From Myxococcota bacterium (GTDB lineage: Bacteria; Myxococcota_A; UBA9042; PHBI01; JAWLBL01), in assembly GCA_041687695.1 (NCBI GenBank), contig JAWLBL010000020.1, positions 80,647 through 144,646 of the forward strand: DNA of 64,000 bases, written 5' to 3'. Made by a program: the position numbers and the translations under genes. Below, in pieces: positions 1 to 8,622 of this stretch. The notes beneath the pieces were generated by a model. It was given only the letters and a program-made list of their open reading frames with translations, searched no databases and was not told the origin of the DNA. Position 1 is the stretch's first letter, and each line of letters opens with the position of its first letter.

Positions 1-312
1 CTCGAGCCCAAGCTCGAGGGCCATCGGATCGCGCCATCGCTCGAGGGCCAGCGCGTCCCTCAGGGCGCCCCAGGGCCGGTCGACGCGCGCGTAGGCCTGC
101 GCCGAGGCGGGCAGGAGCCGGGTCGGGTCGGTGCTCGCGCCCTCCCAGGTGCGGTGATAGACGACGCCCGTCACGATGCCGACCAGCAGCATCCCGATGG
201 CCACCGTCGTCGCGACCGCGCGCATCGAGGGCCGCGCGGCGTCGGCCGGCAGGATGACCGGGCGCCGCGGCGGGCCGAAGGGGTGGGAGTCGGTCTTGGG
301 GCGCTCGCGCAT
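1..312 (-). CDS. Membrane-anchored hypothetical protein, 5' part only (runs off window start)
   Basis: Read manually: ATG at 312, open to position 1, with a hydrophobic segment (VAIGMLLVGIVTGVVY); directly follows the dihydroorotase stop. Confidence 0.6.
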   Translation of the reverse strand, partial: MRERPKTDSHPFGPPRRPVILPADAARPSMRAVATTVAIGMLLVGIVTGVVYHRTWEGASTDPTRLLPASAQAYARVDRPWGALRDALALERWRDPMALELGLE

Positions 313-326
313 CGCCGGGCCGGGGG

Positions 327-1661
327 TCAACCGCCCGCGGCGAAGCGCAGCGGACGGCCACGCACGTCGTCGTCGACGACGCGCCCAGCGGCGGCCACCT
401 GTCGCCCGGCGACGAAGACGGCGTGCGGGGGCGCGGCCAGGAGCTCGCCTTCGAAGGGGCTCCAGCCGCACTGGCTGAGGACCTCGGCGCGCTGGTAGGG
501 CGCCGAGGGCGCGTCGGACACGACCACCAGATCGGCGTCGGCGCCCACCGCGATCTCTCCCTTGCCGACGATCCCGAACCGGCGGGCCGCGCGGGTCGCC
601 ATCAGCTCGGCGATGGCGCGCAGCCCCAGGCCTCGGCGGCGCCCCTCGTGCAGCATGTAGCGCATCGACGTCTCGACCCCCGGGACGCCCGCCGGCGCCG
701 TGGGGTAGGGCTGCTCCTTCTCCTCGGGCAGGTGCGGCGCGTGATCGGTCGCGACGAAGTCGACGCGCCCGGCGGCCACGGCCTCCCAAAGGGCCTCGCG
801 GTCCTCGGGCGCGCGCAGCGACGGGTTCATCTTGGCGTAGTTGCCGTGGGTGGCCAGGCGCGAGGCGTCGAAGGCCAGGTGGTGCGGGCAGGCCTCGGAC
901 GAGACGCGGTGGCCGGCGTAGACGGGATCGCCGGTGAGCAGGGCCAGCTCGGCGCGCGTAGACAGGTGGCACACGTGCGCCGGGTGATCGTAGGCGCTCG
1001 ACAGCTCGAGCAGGCGGCGCACGGCGACGACGGCGGCCTCGGGCGGGCGCGCGAGCGGGTGGACGCGCGGATCGTCGACGCCCGCGTACGGGGCGCCGGC
1101 GGCCAGCAGGACGCGGTTGTCCTCGGCGTGGGCGACGATGATGCGGCGCGTGTGCTGGAACAGGGCCTCGAGGGCGCCGGGGGCGTCGACCAGCAGCGGC
1201 CCCGTCGAGGCGCCCATGAAGACCTTGGTGCCGCACCAGGGCAGGTCGGAGTCCTCGAGGCGGCGGATGGCGTCGAGGTTGTCGTTGGTGGCGCCCATGA
1301 ACAAGCCGTAGTGGCAGCGCGACTCGCCCGCGGCCAGGGCGAGCTTTTCGCGCAGGCGCTCGGCGTCGGTCGTGGGCGGCTGCGTGTTGGGCATGTCGAC
1401 GACGCTCGTGATGCCGCCGACGACGGCCGAGCGGGTCGCCGTGCGCCACGTCTCCTTGTGGGTGTGGCCGGGCGTGCGGAAGTGGACGTGCGTGTCGACG
1501 CCACCGGGGAGCACGGCGCGTCCGCCGAGATCGATGACCTCGCGCGCCGTCCCGTCGACGTCCCCCAGGGCGACGATGACGCCGCCCTCGACGGCGAGGT
1601 CGCCGCGGACGTCACCTTGGGAGGCGATGAACAGGCCGTCGCGAAGGATGAGGTCGTACAT
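327..1661 (-). CDS. pyrC: Dihydroorotase / cyclic amidohydrolase family protein
   Basis: MYDLILRDG start, PGGVDTHVHFR metal motif, DMPNT, KMNPSLR, ATDHAPH, GADADLVV. Confidence 0.85.
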   Translation of the reverse strand: MYDLILRDGLFIASQGDVRGDLAVEGGVIVALGDVDGTAREVIDLGGRAVLPGGVDTHVHFRTPGHTHKETWRTATRSAVVGGITSVVDMPNTQPPTTDAERLREKLALAAGESRCHYGLFMGATNDNLDAIRRLEDSDLPWCGTKVFMGASTGPLLVDAPGALEALFQHTRRIIVAHAEDNRVLLAAGAPYAGVDDPRVHPLARPPEAAVVAVRRLLELSSAYDHPAHVCHLSTRAELALLTGDPVYAGHRVSSEACPHHLAFDASRLATHGNYAKMNPSLRAPEDREALWEAVAAGRVDFVATDHAPHLPEEKEQPYPTAPAGVPGVETSMRYMLHEGRRRGLGLRAIAELMATRAARRFGIVGKGEIAVGADADLVVVSDAPSAPYQRAEVLSQCGWSPFEGELLAAPPHAVFVAGRQVAAAGRVVDDDVRGRPLRFAAGG

Positions 1662-1740
1662 GGGCCGGAGGCTAACACCAGCCGGAGCGCGACGCACGCG
1701 GCGTCCGCAGGCCCCGCAGCCGCGTCGGCGGCTCGAGGCC

Positions 1741-2724
1741 TCAGAGCCAGCCGGCCTGCCGGTACCAGTCGGCCGTGACCTTGGCCCCCTGGTGGAAGTC
1801 GGTGGTGGGCGCCCAGCCCAGGGCGTCGCGGATGGCGTCGGAGCTGACGAGCCAGTTGTCCTGGCGCATCTCGGCGACCTTGTCCGGCGTCAGCATGACG
1901 GCCTTGCGCGCGACGCGGCCGTAGGTCGCCGAAGCCCGCGACGCGGCCTCGAACACCCAGACGGGCAGGCGCACGGCGCGCGGCTTGACGCCCAGGGCGG
2001 CGCCGATCTCGCGGCCCAGCTCGGGCCAGGTCCAGGCGTGGCCGTCCTCGACGAAGAACAGGCTGCCGCTGTCGTGCGGGCGGGTCAGGGCCTGCTCGAA
2101 CGCCCGGCACAGGTCGTCGATGTAGACGACCGACAGCCGCGAGCGCCCGGAGCCGGGGACCGGCAGCACGCGCCGCTTGACCATCTGGAAGAAGCGCAGG
2201 ACCTCTCGGTCGCGCGGCCCGTAGACGACCGGCGGCCGGATGATGGTCACGGGCAGGTCGCCCGACAGCGCCTGCAGGCGCTGCTCGCCGATGAGCTTGC
2301 TGCGGCCGTAGACGCTGACGGGGTGGGGCTCGTCGCGCTCGCTGATGGGCGCGAAGTCGGGGGCGCCGGGCCCGGCCGCGGCGATGGACGACGTGTACAC
2401 GAAGCGCTGGAGCTGCGGGTTGGCCCTCAGCGCGGCCTCGGCCAGGCGCCCGGTGCCGGCGCCGTTGACGTCGATCATCTCGGCTTCGCTGCGCGCCTTG
2501 ATGAGCCCCGCGATGTGCAGGACCGCGTCGCAGCCTCGGATGCCCTCCTCGAGGCGGTCGGCGTCGGCCATCGTGCCCTCGAAGGTCTCGACGCCCAGCG
2601 CGTCCAGGGCCGACGTGTCGCTGGTCTTGCGGACCAGGGCACGCACCTCGTGGCCCGCGGCCCGCAGGTGCTTGACGGCGTGCGTGCCGACGAACCCCGT
2701 CCCGCCGGTGACGAAGACGCGCAT
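1741..2724 (-). CDS. NAD-dependent epimerase/dehydratase (extended SDR); candidate ceramide reductase CerR-like
   Basis: MRVFVTGGTGFVG Rossmann motif, YGRSK catalytic motif, RPPVVYGP; ATG overlaps upstream stop (TGATG). Confidence 0.85.
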   Translation of the reverse strand: MRVFVTGGTGFVGTHAVKHLRAAGHEVRALVRKTSDTSALDALGVETFEGTMADADRLEEGIRGCDAVLHIAGLIKARSEAEMIDVNGAGTGRLAEAALRANPQLQRFVYTSSIAAAGPGAPDFAPISERDEPHPVSVYGRSKLIGEQRLQALSGDLPVTIIRPPVVYGPRDREVLRFFQMVKRRVLPVPGSGRSRLSVVYIDDLCRAFEQALTRPHDSGSLFFVEDGHAWTWPELGREIGAALGVKPRAVRLPVWVFEAASRASATYGRVARKAVMLTPDKVAEMRQDNWLVSSDAIRDALGWAPTTDFHQGAKVTADWYRQAGWL

Positions 2725-3950
2725 CAGCCCACCTCCTCGGGCGTCCGCCGCGCCGCCGCGTCGCCACCCGCCGGGGCCGCCGCCGCCTGGGCTTGCACCA
2801 GCGCCTTCTCGTAGATGCGATGGCGCCGGTGGACGTTGCCGCCCATGAGCTTGATGCCCATGTTGATCTTGTCGTTGTCCTCGAGGGTCCAGCCCAGCTC
2901 GCCGTGGGTCAGCCCGAGGCGCGCGCCGCGGTCGTTCATCTCGGCGTACAGCAGCACGCTCAGGCCCTTGCCGCCGATGCCGGTGCCGCGGAACTTCGGC
3001 CGGATGCCCAGGGCGACGAGGCGCGCCGACTTGTAGGGGACGCGCTTGACGCGCCAGAAGAGCTTGGCGAACCCGAACGGCAGCAGCTTGCCGTCCAGAT
3101 CGGCGATGTGCTCGTGGATGTTCGGCAGGGCGAAGCTGATGGCGGCGGGCTCGCCGTCGATCTCGGCGATGAGGCACAGGTCGGGGACGACGAAGAGCTT
3201 GAGGTCGGCGGCCAGCTTGGTGATCTCGGCGTCGGTGAGCGGCACGAACCCCCAGTTCTTCGCCCAGGCCTCATTGAAGATGTCCATGATGATGCGGACG
3301 TCGCGCTCGAGCGCCTTCATGTCGATGGTGCGGACCGTGACCCCCGGCGACTTCTTGGCGGCGTCGGCCATCTGCCGGATGGGCTTGGGCAGCTCGCCGG
3401 TCTTGTAGCCCCACGAGAAGAGGTCCTTGGCCTTGGTCAGGCCCTGGGCCTCGAGCAGCCGCGCGTAGTAGGGCGGGCTGTGGCTCATCATCGGGTAGGG
3501 CGCGATGTCGTGCCCTTCGACGAGCACGCCGCACTCGTCGTTGATGGTGAAGCTGAACGGGCCGCGCATGCTGGCCCGGCCGCGCGCGCGCAGCCAGGCC
3601 TCGGCGCGTTCGAGCAGCGCCTTGGCGACCGCCTCGTCGTCGATGGCCTCGAAGAAGCCGAAGAAGCCCGCGCCGTCGCCGTGGACCCGGTCGTGCTCAC
3701 CGTTGATGTGGGCGCTGATGCGGCCGACCGGCTTGCCGTCGCGGAAGGCGACGAAGAGCTCGGCCTCGCCGTGACGGAAGAACGGGTTCTTGCGGCGGTC
3801 CAGGAACTCGCGCCGCTCTTGCAAGAGCGGCGGCACCCAGGCGGGATCCGGGGTCTCGCCGCGGTAGACCACCCAGGGCATCCGGATGAAGGCCTCGAGG
3901 TCCTTCTTCGAGGTGACGGGGCGGACGGTGACGGACGTGGTCACGGACAT
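2724..3950 (-). CDS. YghO-like GNAT acyltransferase; candidate bacterial ceramide synthase (bCerS-like)
   Basis: WVPPL..ERR..KNPFF, GRISA, GFFGFFE, MRGPF..NDECGVLVEG, AWAKNWGFVP, ELGWTLEDN motifs typical of this family. Confidence 0.75.
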   Translation of the reverse strand: MSVTTSVTVRPVTSKKDLEAFIRMPWVVYRGETPDPAWVPPLLQERREFLDRRKNPFFRHGEAELFVAFRDGKPVGRISAHINGEHDRVHGDGAGFFGFFEAIDDEAVAKALLERAEAWLRARGRASMRGPFSFTINDECGVLVEGHDIAPYPMMSHSPPYYARLLEAQGLTKAKDLFSWGYKTGELPKPIRQMADAAKKSPGVTVRTIDMKALERDVRIIMDIFNEAWAKNWGFVPLTDAEITKLAADLKLFVVPDLCLIAEIDGEPAAISFALPNIHEHIADLDGKLLPFGFAKLFWRVKRVPYKSARLVALGIRPKFRGTGIGGKGLSVLLYAEMNDRGARLGLTHGELGWTLEDNDKINMGIKLMGGNVHRRHRIYEKALVQAQAAAAPAGGDAAARRTPEEVG

Positions 3951-4008
3951 GGGCGCCTCTCGCGGGTGGCGGCGGACCCCGCGGCCCGGCGCAAGGGGGC
4001 CGTATAGA

Positions 4009-4977
4009 TCACGGCACCCGTGGAAGCAACGGCCCGTCGTGCCAGGCGGGGACCCCGCGCAGCACCTCGGCGAAGTCGCCCGGGTCGGCCCGCCGGATCG
4101 CGGGCGACCACATGCCGACGCTGGCTCCGAGCCGCGCGATGAGCTCGCCCGGGTGGTCGCCCGCCTCGCGGAAGGTCGCCAGCGCCAGGTCCCCCTCGCG
4201 CTTGGACAGCTTGCGGCCGCCCTCGTCGGTCACCAGCGGGTGGTGGCCGAACCGCGGCGCCGGCTGGCCCAGCGCCTCGTGGAGCAGCAGCTGCCGCGCC
4301 GTCGAGCCCAGCAGATCCCGCCCACGCACCACGTCCGTGATCCCCATCGCGCCGTCGTCCGCCACCACGGCCAGCTGGTAGGTGGGCGCCCCGGGGCGTC
4401 CCAGCAGGAAGTCGCCGCAGGTCAGCCGCACGTCCTCGACGTGCCGGCCGCACCACAGGTCGTCCCAGACGACCCGCGCCCGCTCGCCCTCGGCGGTCAC
4501 GTCCAGCCGGTAGCCCCCTCGGTCGACGTGCAGCGCGCGCGGCGCCTCGCCCGGACCCGGCCGGCACGTGCCGGGGTAGGGCACCTCGCCCCCGGCGTGC
4601 AGGTGCGGCGCCGACTGCGCGGCCCGCACCTCGGCCCGGCTGCACGTGCACGGATAGGCCCGCCCGCGCCGCGCCAGCGCCTCGAGCCACGCGTCATAGC
4701 GTTCGAACCGCGCCGACTGCCGATACGGCCCGAACGGCCCGCCCACGTCCGGCCCCTCGTCCCAGTCCAGCCCCAGCCAGCGGAGATCCTCGAGCAGCGT
4801 CGCCTCGAACTCGGGCCGGCAGCGCGCCACGTCGATGTCCTCGACGCGCAGCACCAGGGTCCCACCGGCCGCGCGCGCCGCACCCCAGCCGACCAGGGCC
4901 GCCAGGGCGCTGCCGACGTGCAGGGGCCGCGAGGGCGTCGGCGCGAACCGGAACCGCCGCGGCGGCGCCCCCGTCAC
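4009..4977 (-). CDS. gluQ: Glutamyl-Q tRNA(Asp) synthetase
   Basis: RFAPTPS..LHVGS, LRVEDID, CTCSR, YQLAVVADD, VVRGRDL, KLSKR; lacks anticodon-binding domain (322 aa). Confidence 0.85.
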   Translation of the reverse strand: MTGAPPRRFRFAPTPSRPLHVGSALAALVGWGAARAAGGTLVLRVEDIDVARCRPEFEATLLEDLRWLGLDWDEGPDVGGPFGPYRQSARFERYDAWLEALARRGRAYPCTCSRAEVRAAQSAPHLHAGGEVPYPGTCRPGPGEAPRALHVDRGGYRLDVTAEGERARVVWDDLWCGRHVEDVRLTCGDFLLGRPGAPTYQLAVVADDGAMGITDVVRGRDLLGSTARQLLLHEALGQPAPRFGHHPLVTDEGGRKLSKREGDLALATFREAGDHPGELIARLGASVGMWSPAIRRADPGDFAEVLRGVPAWHDGPLLPRVP

Positions 4978-4980
4978 GGC

Positions 4981-6744
4981 CTACTTGATCTTCTCGAGCT
5001 GGATGTAGTGCACCGACGGCACGGCCATCTCGTGCACGAAGCGGACCGAGCCCGTCTGCGGGTTGGTCTCGACGGTGCCGGTCTCGGAGAAGTGGAAGCT
5101 GGGCACGCCGTAGCTGTTCCGGTCGATGACGGCCAGGCTGTACTTGACGGCCCGGATGGTCGCCGGGACGAAGTTGTCGATGACCAGATCGTAGGTGATC
5201 GAGGCCGTGCCCGGCGCGACGTTGGCGTTGGCGACGATGATGTGCATCACGTCGTCCGAGGCCTTGTCGAAGCTGGCCATCGCGGTCATCCCCTCGGCGT
5301 CGTGGCCGCTGGTCACGGTCACCGGGACGTGGCCGTTGACCTGACGGAAGGGGAACATCGCCATGTAGGCCGGGCGCGCGCAGGTCGGCATGGGCTTGTT
5401 CACGTCCCAGGCCTGGTTGGCGCAGGGGTCGCTGGGCGTGCGCGGGTGGAAGTAGTCGCTCTCGACGATCATGTGCTTGAGCGAGCCCGGGTCCTCGCCC
5501 GCGTGCGAGCGCAGGTCCGAGTAGACGCGCGGACCGCGGCCGGCGATGAAGTGCGCGACGCCGACGTCCTGGATGAAGATGCGGACCGCCGTCTGGAAGG
5601 CGCCCAGATAGGCGCTCTTGATGTGCTCGTTCTGCATCATGGCCACGGTCTGCAGATGCGCGTCGTCGCGGAAGTAGTCCGCGCCCGTCATCACCAGCTT
5701 CGTGGCCTGCAGGCCCTTGGCGTCGAGGTAGGCGCGGATCTCCCGCGCGACCTCAGCGGCCTGGAAGGGCGTGTTGGTGGTCGTGCGGAAGCTGATGAAG
5801 TCGAGCGGCGCCTTGTCCTTGGCGATCCAGTCGATGAACCGCGTCACCGGCGGCTTGCCGACGAAGTAGTCGTCCGCCTTCGCGCCGGCGGGGACCTTCA
5901 CGTGAAAGCCCATCCCGCCGACGTGCACCGTCGGACCGCGCTCGGGGTCGTCGGGGAAGTGCTGTTTGACGCCCTCGGCGAACCGGCCGTAGACCTCGTA
6001 CAGCGTGTCCCAGCTGGTGTCGTGGGCCTCGGGATAGCCCATCGCCCCGACCGGGTCGTCCATGAACTCGACCCAGCCGACCGGGTAGTTCTTGCCGTTG
6101 TCCTTGTCCCAGCTGTCGCCGCCGCGCAGGTGGCGCAGCGTGTTGACGGCCACGTTCACCCAGGTCGCCTTCGCCGGCTCCTGGCTCGAGATCGGAGTGC
6201 CCGCCTGCTGGCCGTTGCCCGACGTCTTGCAACCGCCGTTCGCGCCCGGGTTGAAGCCGACCTGCCACAGGATGGCGGCCGTGTGCACGTCGGTCGCCGC
6301 CTTCATGTGCTGGTCGAGCACGGTGAAGTTGTAGTCGGCCGCCTTGGACGGGTCCTTACCCGGGTTGGGGAAGATGCCCTCGAGGCTGAGGTCGCAGACC
6401 GTCCCGGTGCCCACCCGCACCATGCTCAGGTGCGCGCCGTCGGGCCCCACGTCGGTCGCGTACTTGCCCCAATAGGCCGTCGTCAGATCGTAGTCGCCAG
6501 TGAGGATGGGCTTCGGGGCCCCGTCCATGCCCGTCAGCGGCGTGACCGTCTGCCCGATCTGCTTCGAGGTCGCCGAGATGGTGATCTTGCGGTACCGCCC
6601 ACCGTTGAAGTCTTCGGGCAGCGTCAGCCCGTCCTCGTTGCAACCGGTGACCGGCGCGCCCAGCGCCATCAGCAGGGCGGCGCCAGTGAGGCCCAGCGCT
6701 CGGGGCCAGCGGCGAACGTCGATGAGGTTCATGGTGACCTTCAC
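4981..6744 (-). CDS. Lipoprotein with GH39/clan-A-like TIM-barrel signature, catalytic residues apparently degenerate
   Basis: Signal peptide with lipobox-like VTGC; DYNFTVLDQ, WVEFMDDP, VHVGG, LDFISF, LVMTG resemble GH39 blocks. Confidence 0.55.
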   Translation of the reverse strand: MKVTMNLIDVRRWPRALGLTGAALLMALGAPVTGCNEDGLTLPEDFNGGRYRKITISATSKQIGQTVTPLTGMDGAPKPILTGDYDLTTAYWGKYATDVGPDGAHLSMVRVGTGTVCDLSLEGIFPNPGKDPSKAADYNFTVLDQHMKAATDVHTAAILWQVGFNPGANGGCKTSGNGQQAGTPISSQEPAKATWVNVAVNTLRHLRGGDSWDKDNGKNYPVGWVEFMDDPVGAMGYPEAHDTSWDTLYEVYGRFAEGVKQHFPDDPERGPTVHVGGMGFHVKVPAGAKADDYFVGKPPVTRFIDWIAKDKAPLDFISFRTTTNTPFQAAEVAREIRAYLDAKGLQATKLVMTGADYFRDDAHLQTVAMMQNEHIKSAYLGAFQTAVRIFIQDVGVAHFIAGRGPRVYSDLRSHAGEDPGSLKHMIVESDYFHPRTPSDPCANQAWDVNKPMPTCARPAYMAMFPFRQVNGHVPVTVTSGHDAEGMTAMASFDKASDDVMHIIVANANVAPGTASITYDLVIDNFVPATIRAVKYSLAVIDRNSYGVPSFHFSETGTVETNPQTGSVRFVHEMAVPSVHYIQLEKIK

Positions 6745-6769
6745 GGCGGCTGCTCCTTGTCGTCGGCGC

Positions 6770-8551
6770 CTACTCGGCCCAGTACATGTAGCGGACGAGG
6801 TGCGTGTCGGACATCTCAGGCTCGAAGCCGCGCAGGTACGGCTTCTTCAGGTACGACTTCGTGTAGTAGTACAGCGGCGCCACGGGCATGTCACGCAGCA
6901 CCAGGGCCTCGGCCCGCGCCAGACGCCGCATCCGCTCGCCGTGGTCGCGCACGGCCAGGCTGCCCTTGGAGAGCCGGTCGAACTCGTCGCTCTTGAACCC
7001 GGCGTAGTTCTGCACGCTGTCCGACTCGAACAGCATGAGGAAGCTGTACGGGTCCGACAGCCCGCACCACGCCGATCGGGCCATCTGGAAGTCGCCCTGC
7101 TGCGTCCGCGACAAGAAGCTCTTCCACTCCATGTTCTCGAGCACGACGTCGATGCCCAGGTTCTCTTTGAGCGACCGCTGCGCGAACTCGGCGATGAGCT
7201 TGTGGGCCTCGTAGGTGTTGTAGACCAGCGTGACGGTCGGCAGCCCCACGCCCTGTGGGTAGCCCGCCTCGGCCAGCAGCTCGCGCGCGCGCGCCGGATC
7301 GAACGCGTCGCCGCGCTGCCCCGGGTAGGCCATCGCGGTGTCGAAGAACGGCAGGACGGGCCCGTCGGCCGGCTGCTGCTTGCCGCGCGTGACGTGCTGG
7401 ACCAGCGCCGTCTTGTCGATGGCCATGTTCACGGCGCGCCGGATGCGCACGTCGTCGAACGGCGGCTTATCCATGCGCATCGCGTAGTAGTAGAAGCAGA
7501 GGTACGGATCGATGAAGAAGTCCGGCCGCCCCGACTCGATGAACTCCGAGATGCGCTCGGGCGGCGGCGGCGTCCGCGACCAGTGCACCTCGCCGACCTC
7601 GTAGCGCGTCAGGGCCTGGCTCTCGCTCTCGGTGTGGACGATGCGCACCCGCGGGATGCGCACGGTGTCGGCCGCCCAGTAGGTCGGGTTCTTCACCAGC
7701 GTCGTCCGGTCGCGCAGCAGCATCTCCTGGACGGTGTACGGCCCGTTGACCACGATCGTCTCGGGGTCCGTCCACCGCGGGCCGTGCGCCTCGACGGCCT
7801 CGCGCGGCACGGGCGCGTAGTGGGGCGTCATCACGTACTGCAAGAAGAACGGCACCGGGTCTTGCAGCGTGACCTTCAGCGTCAGGTCGTCGACCGCCTC
7901 GACGCCGACCTGGGCGCGATCGGTGATCCGGCCCTCGTTGAAGGCCACCGCGTTCTTCAGATACTTCAGCTGCTCGGCCGACGGCGAGGCGGTCGCCGGG
8001 TCCAGCTTCCGCAGCCACGAGTAGACGAAGTCCTGCGCCGTCACCTGACGGCCGTTCGACCACTTGGCGCCCTCGCGCAGATGGAAGGTGTAGGTCAGCC
8101 CGTCCTCGGACTCCTCCCAGCGCTCGGCCATGCCCGGCTGCGGCGGCCCGGTCGTGGGGCCCGGCACCAGCAGCGGCTCGAACACGTTCTGGATGACCAA
8201 GAAGCCCTCGGTCTCCTGCGCCAGGCTGGGGTCGATGCTGGTCGCGCCCCCGCCGGTCGTCACCAGCGTCCCGTCGGCGGGCGGCCGCTCGTCGCACACC
8301 GGGTGTCCCTGGCACGGCCACGCGTCCCGCCCGTGCATCCGCTGCACCCCGCCCGCAGCCGGCTCGGCGGCCGGCTCACCCGCCGCCACCTCGGGCGGCT
8401 CGTAGGTGTCGGGCGCCGGCGTCGCCTGGAACGGCGCCGACTGGCCGCGCTCGGCCGTCTGGCACGCCGCCAGCGCCGCGACGCTCGCGAGCAGGGTGGA
8501 CAGGGCGATCACGCGGCTCGGCCGCGTCCGTCGAGGGGCAACACGCTTCAC
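6770..8551 (-). CDS. oppA: Peptide ABC transporter substrate-binding lipoprotein (OppA family)
   Basis: Lipobox LAAC, YTFHLREGAKWSNG..VTAQDF, VNGPY, PFDDVRIRRA; start chosen at GTG 8551. Confidence 0.85.
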   Translation of the reverse strand: MKRVAPRRTRPSRVIALSTLLASVAALAACQTAERGQSAPFQATPAPDTYEPPEVAAGEPAAEPAAGGVQRMHGRDAWPCQGHPVCDERPPADGTLVTTGGGATSIDPSLAQETEGFLVIQNVFEPLLVPGPTTGPPQPGMAERWEESEDGLTYTFHLREGAKWSNGRQVTAQDFVYSWLRKLDPATASPSAEQLKYLKNAVAFNEGRITDRAQVGVEAVDDLTLKVTLQDPVPFFLQYVMTPHYAPVPREAVEAHGPRWTDPETIVVNGPYTVQEMLLRDRTTLVKNPTYWAADTVRIPRVRIVHTESESQALTRYEVGEVHWSRTPPPPERISEFIESGRPDFFIDPYLCFYYYAMRMDKPPFDDVRIRRAVNMAIDKTALVQHVTRGKQQPADGPVLPFFDTAMAYPGQRGDAFDPARARELLAEAGYPQGVGLPTVTLVYNTYEAHKLIAEFAQRSLKENLGIDVVLENMEWKSFLSRTQQGDFQMARSAWCGLSDPYSFLMLFESDSVQNYAGFKSDEFDRLSKGSLAVRDHGERMRRLARAEALVLRDMPVAPLYYYTKSYLKKPYLRGFEPEMSDTHLVRYMYWAE

Positions 8552-8622
8552 GCGAGCGATATAGCACCGGAGCCGCTCGGCTTCCAATCGGCTTCCAGTC
8601 GGCGCGAGGCCCGGCCCGCGCC

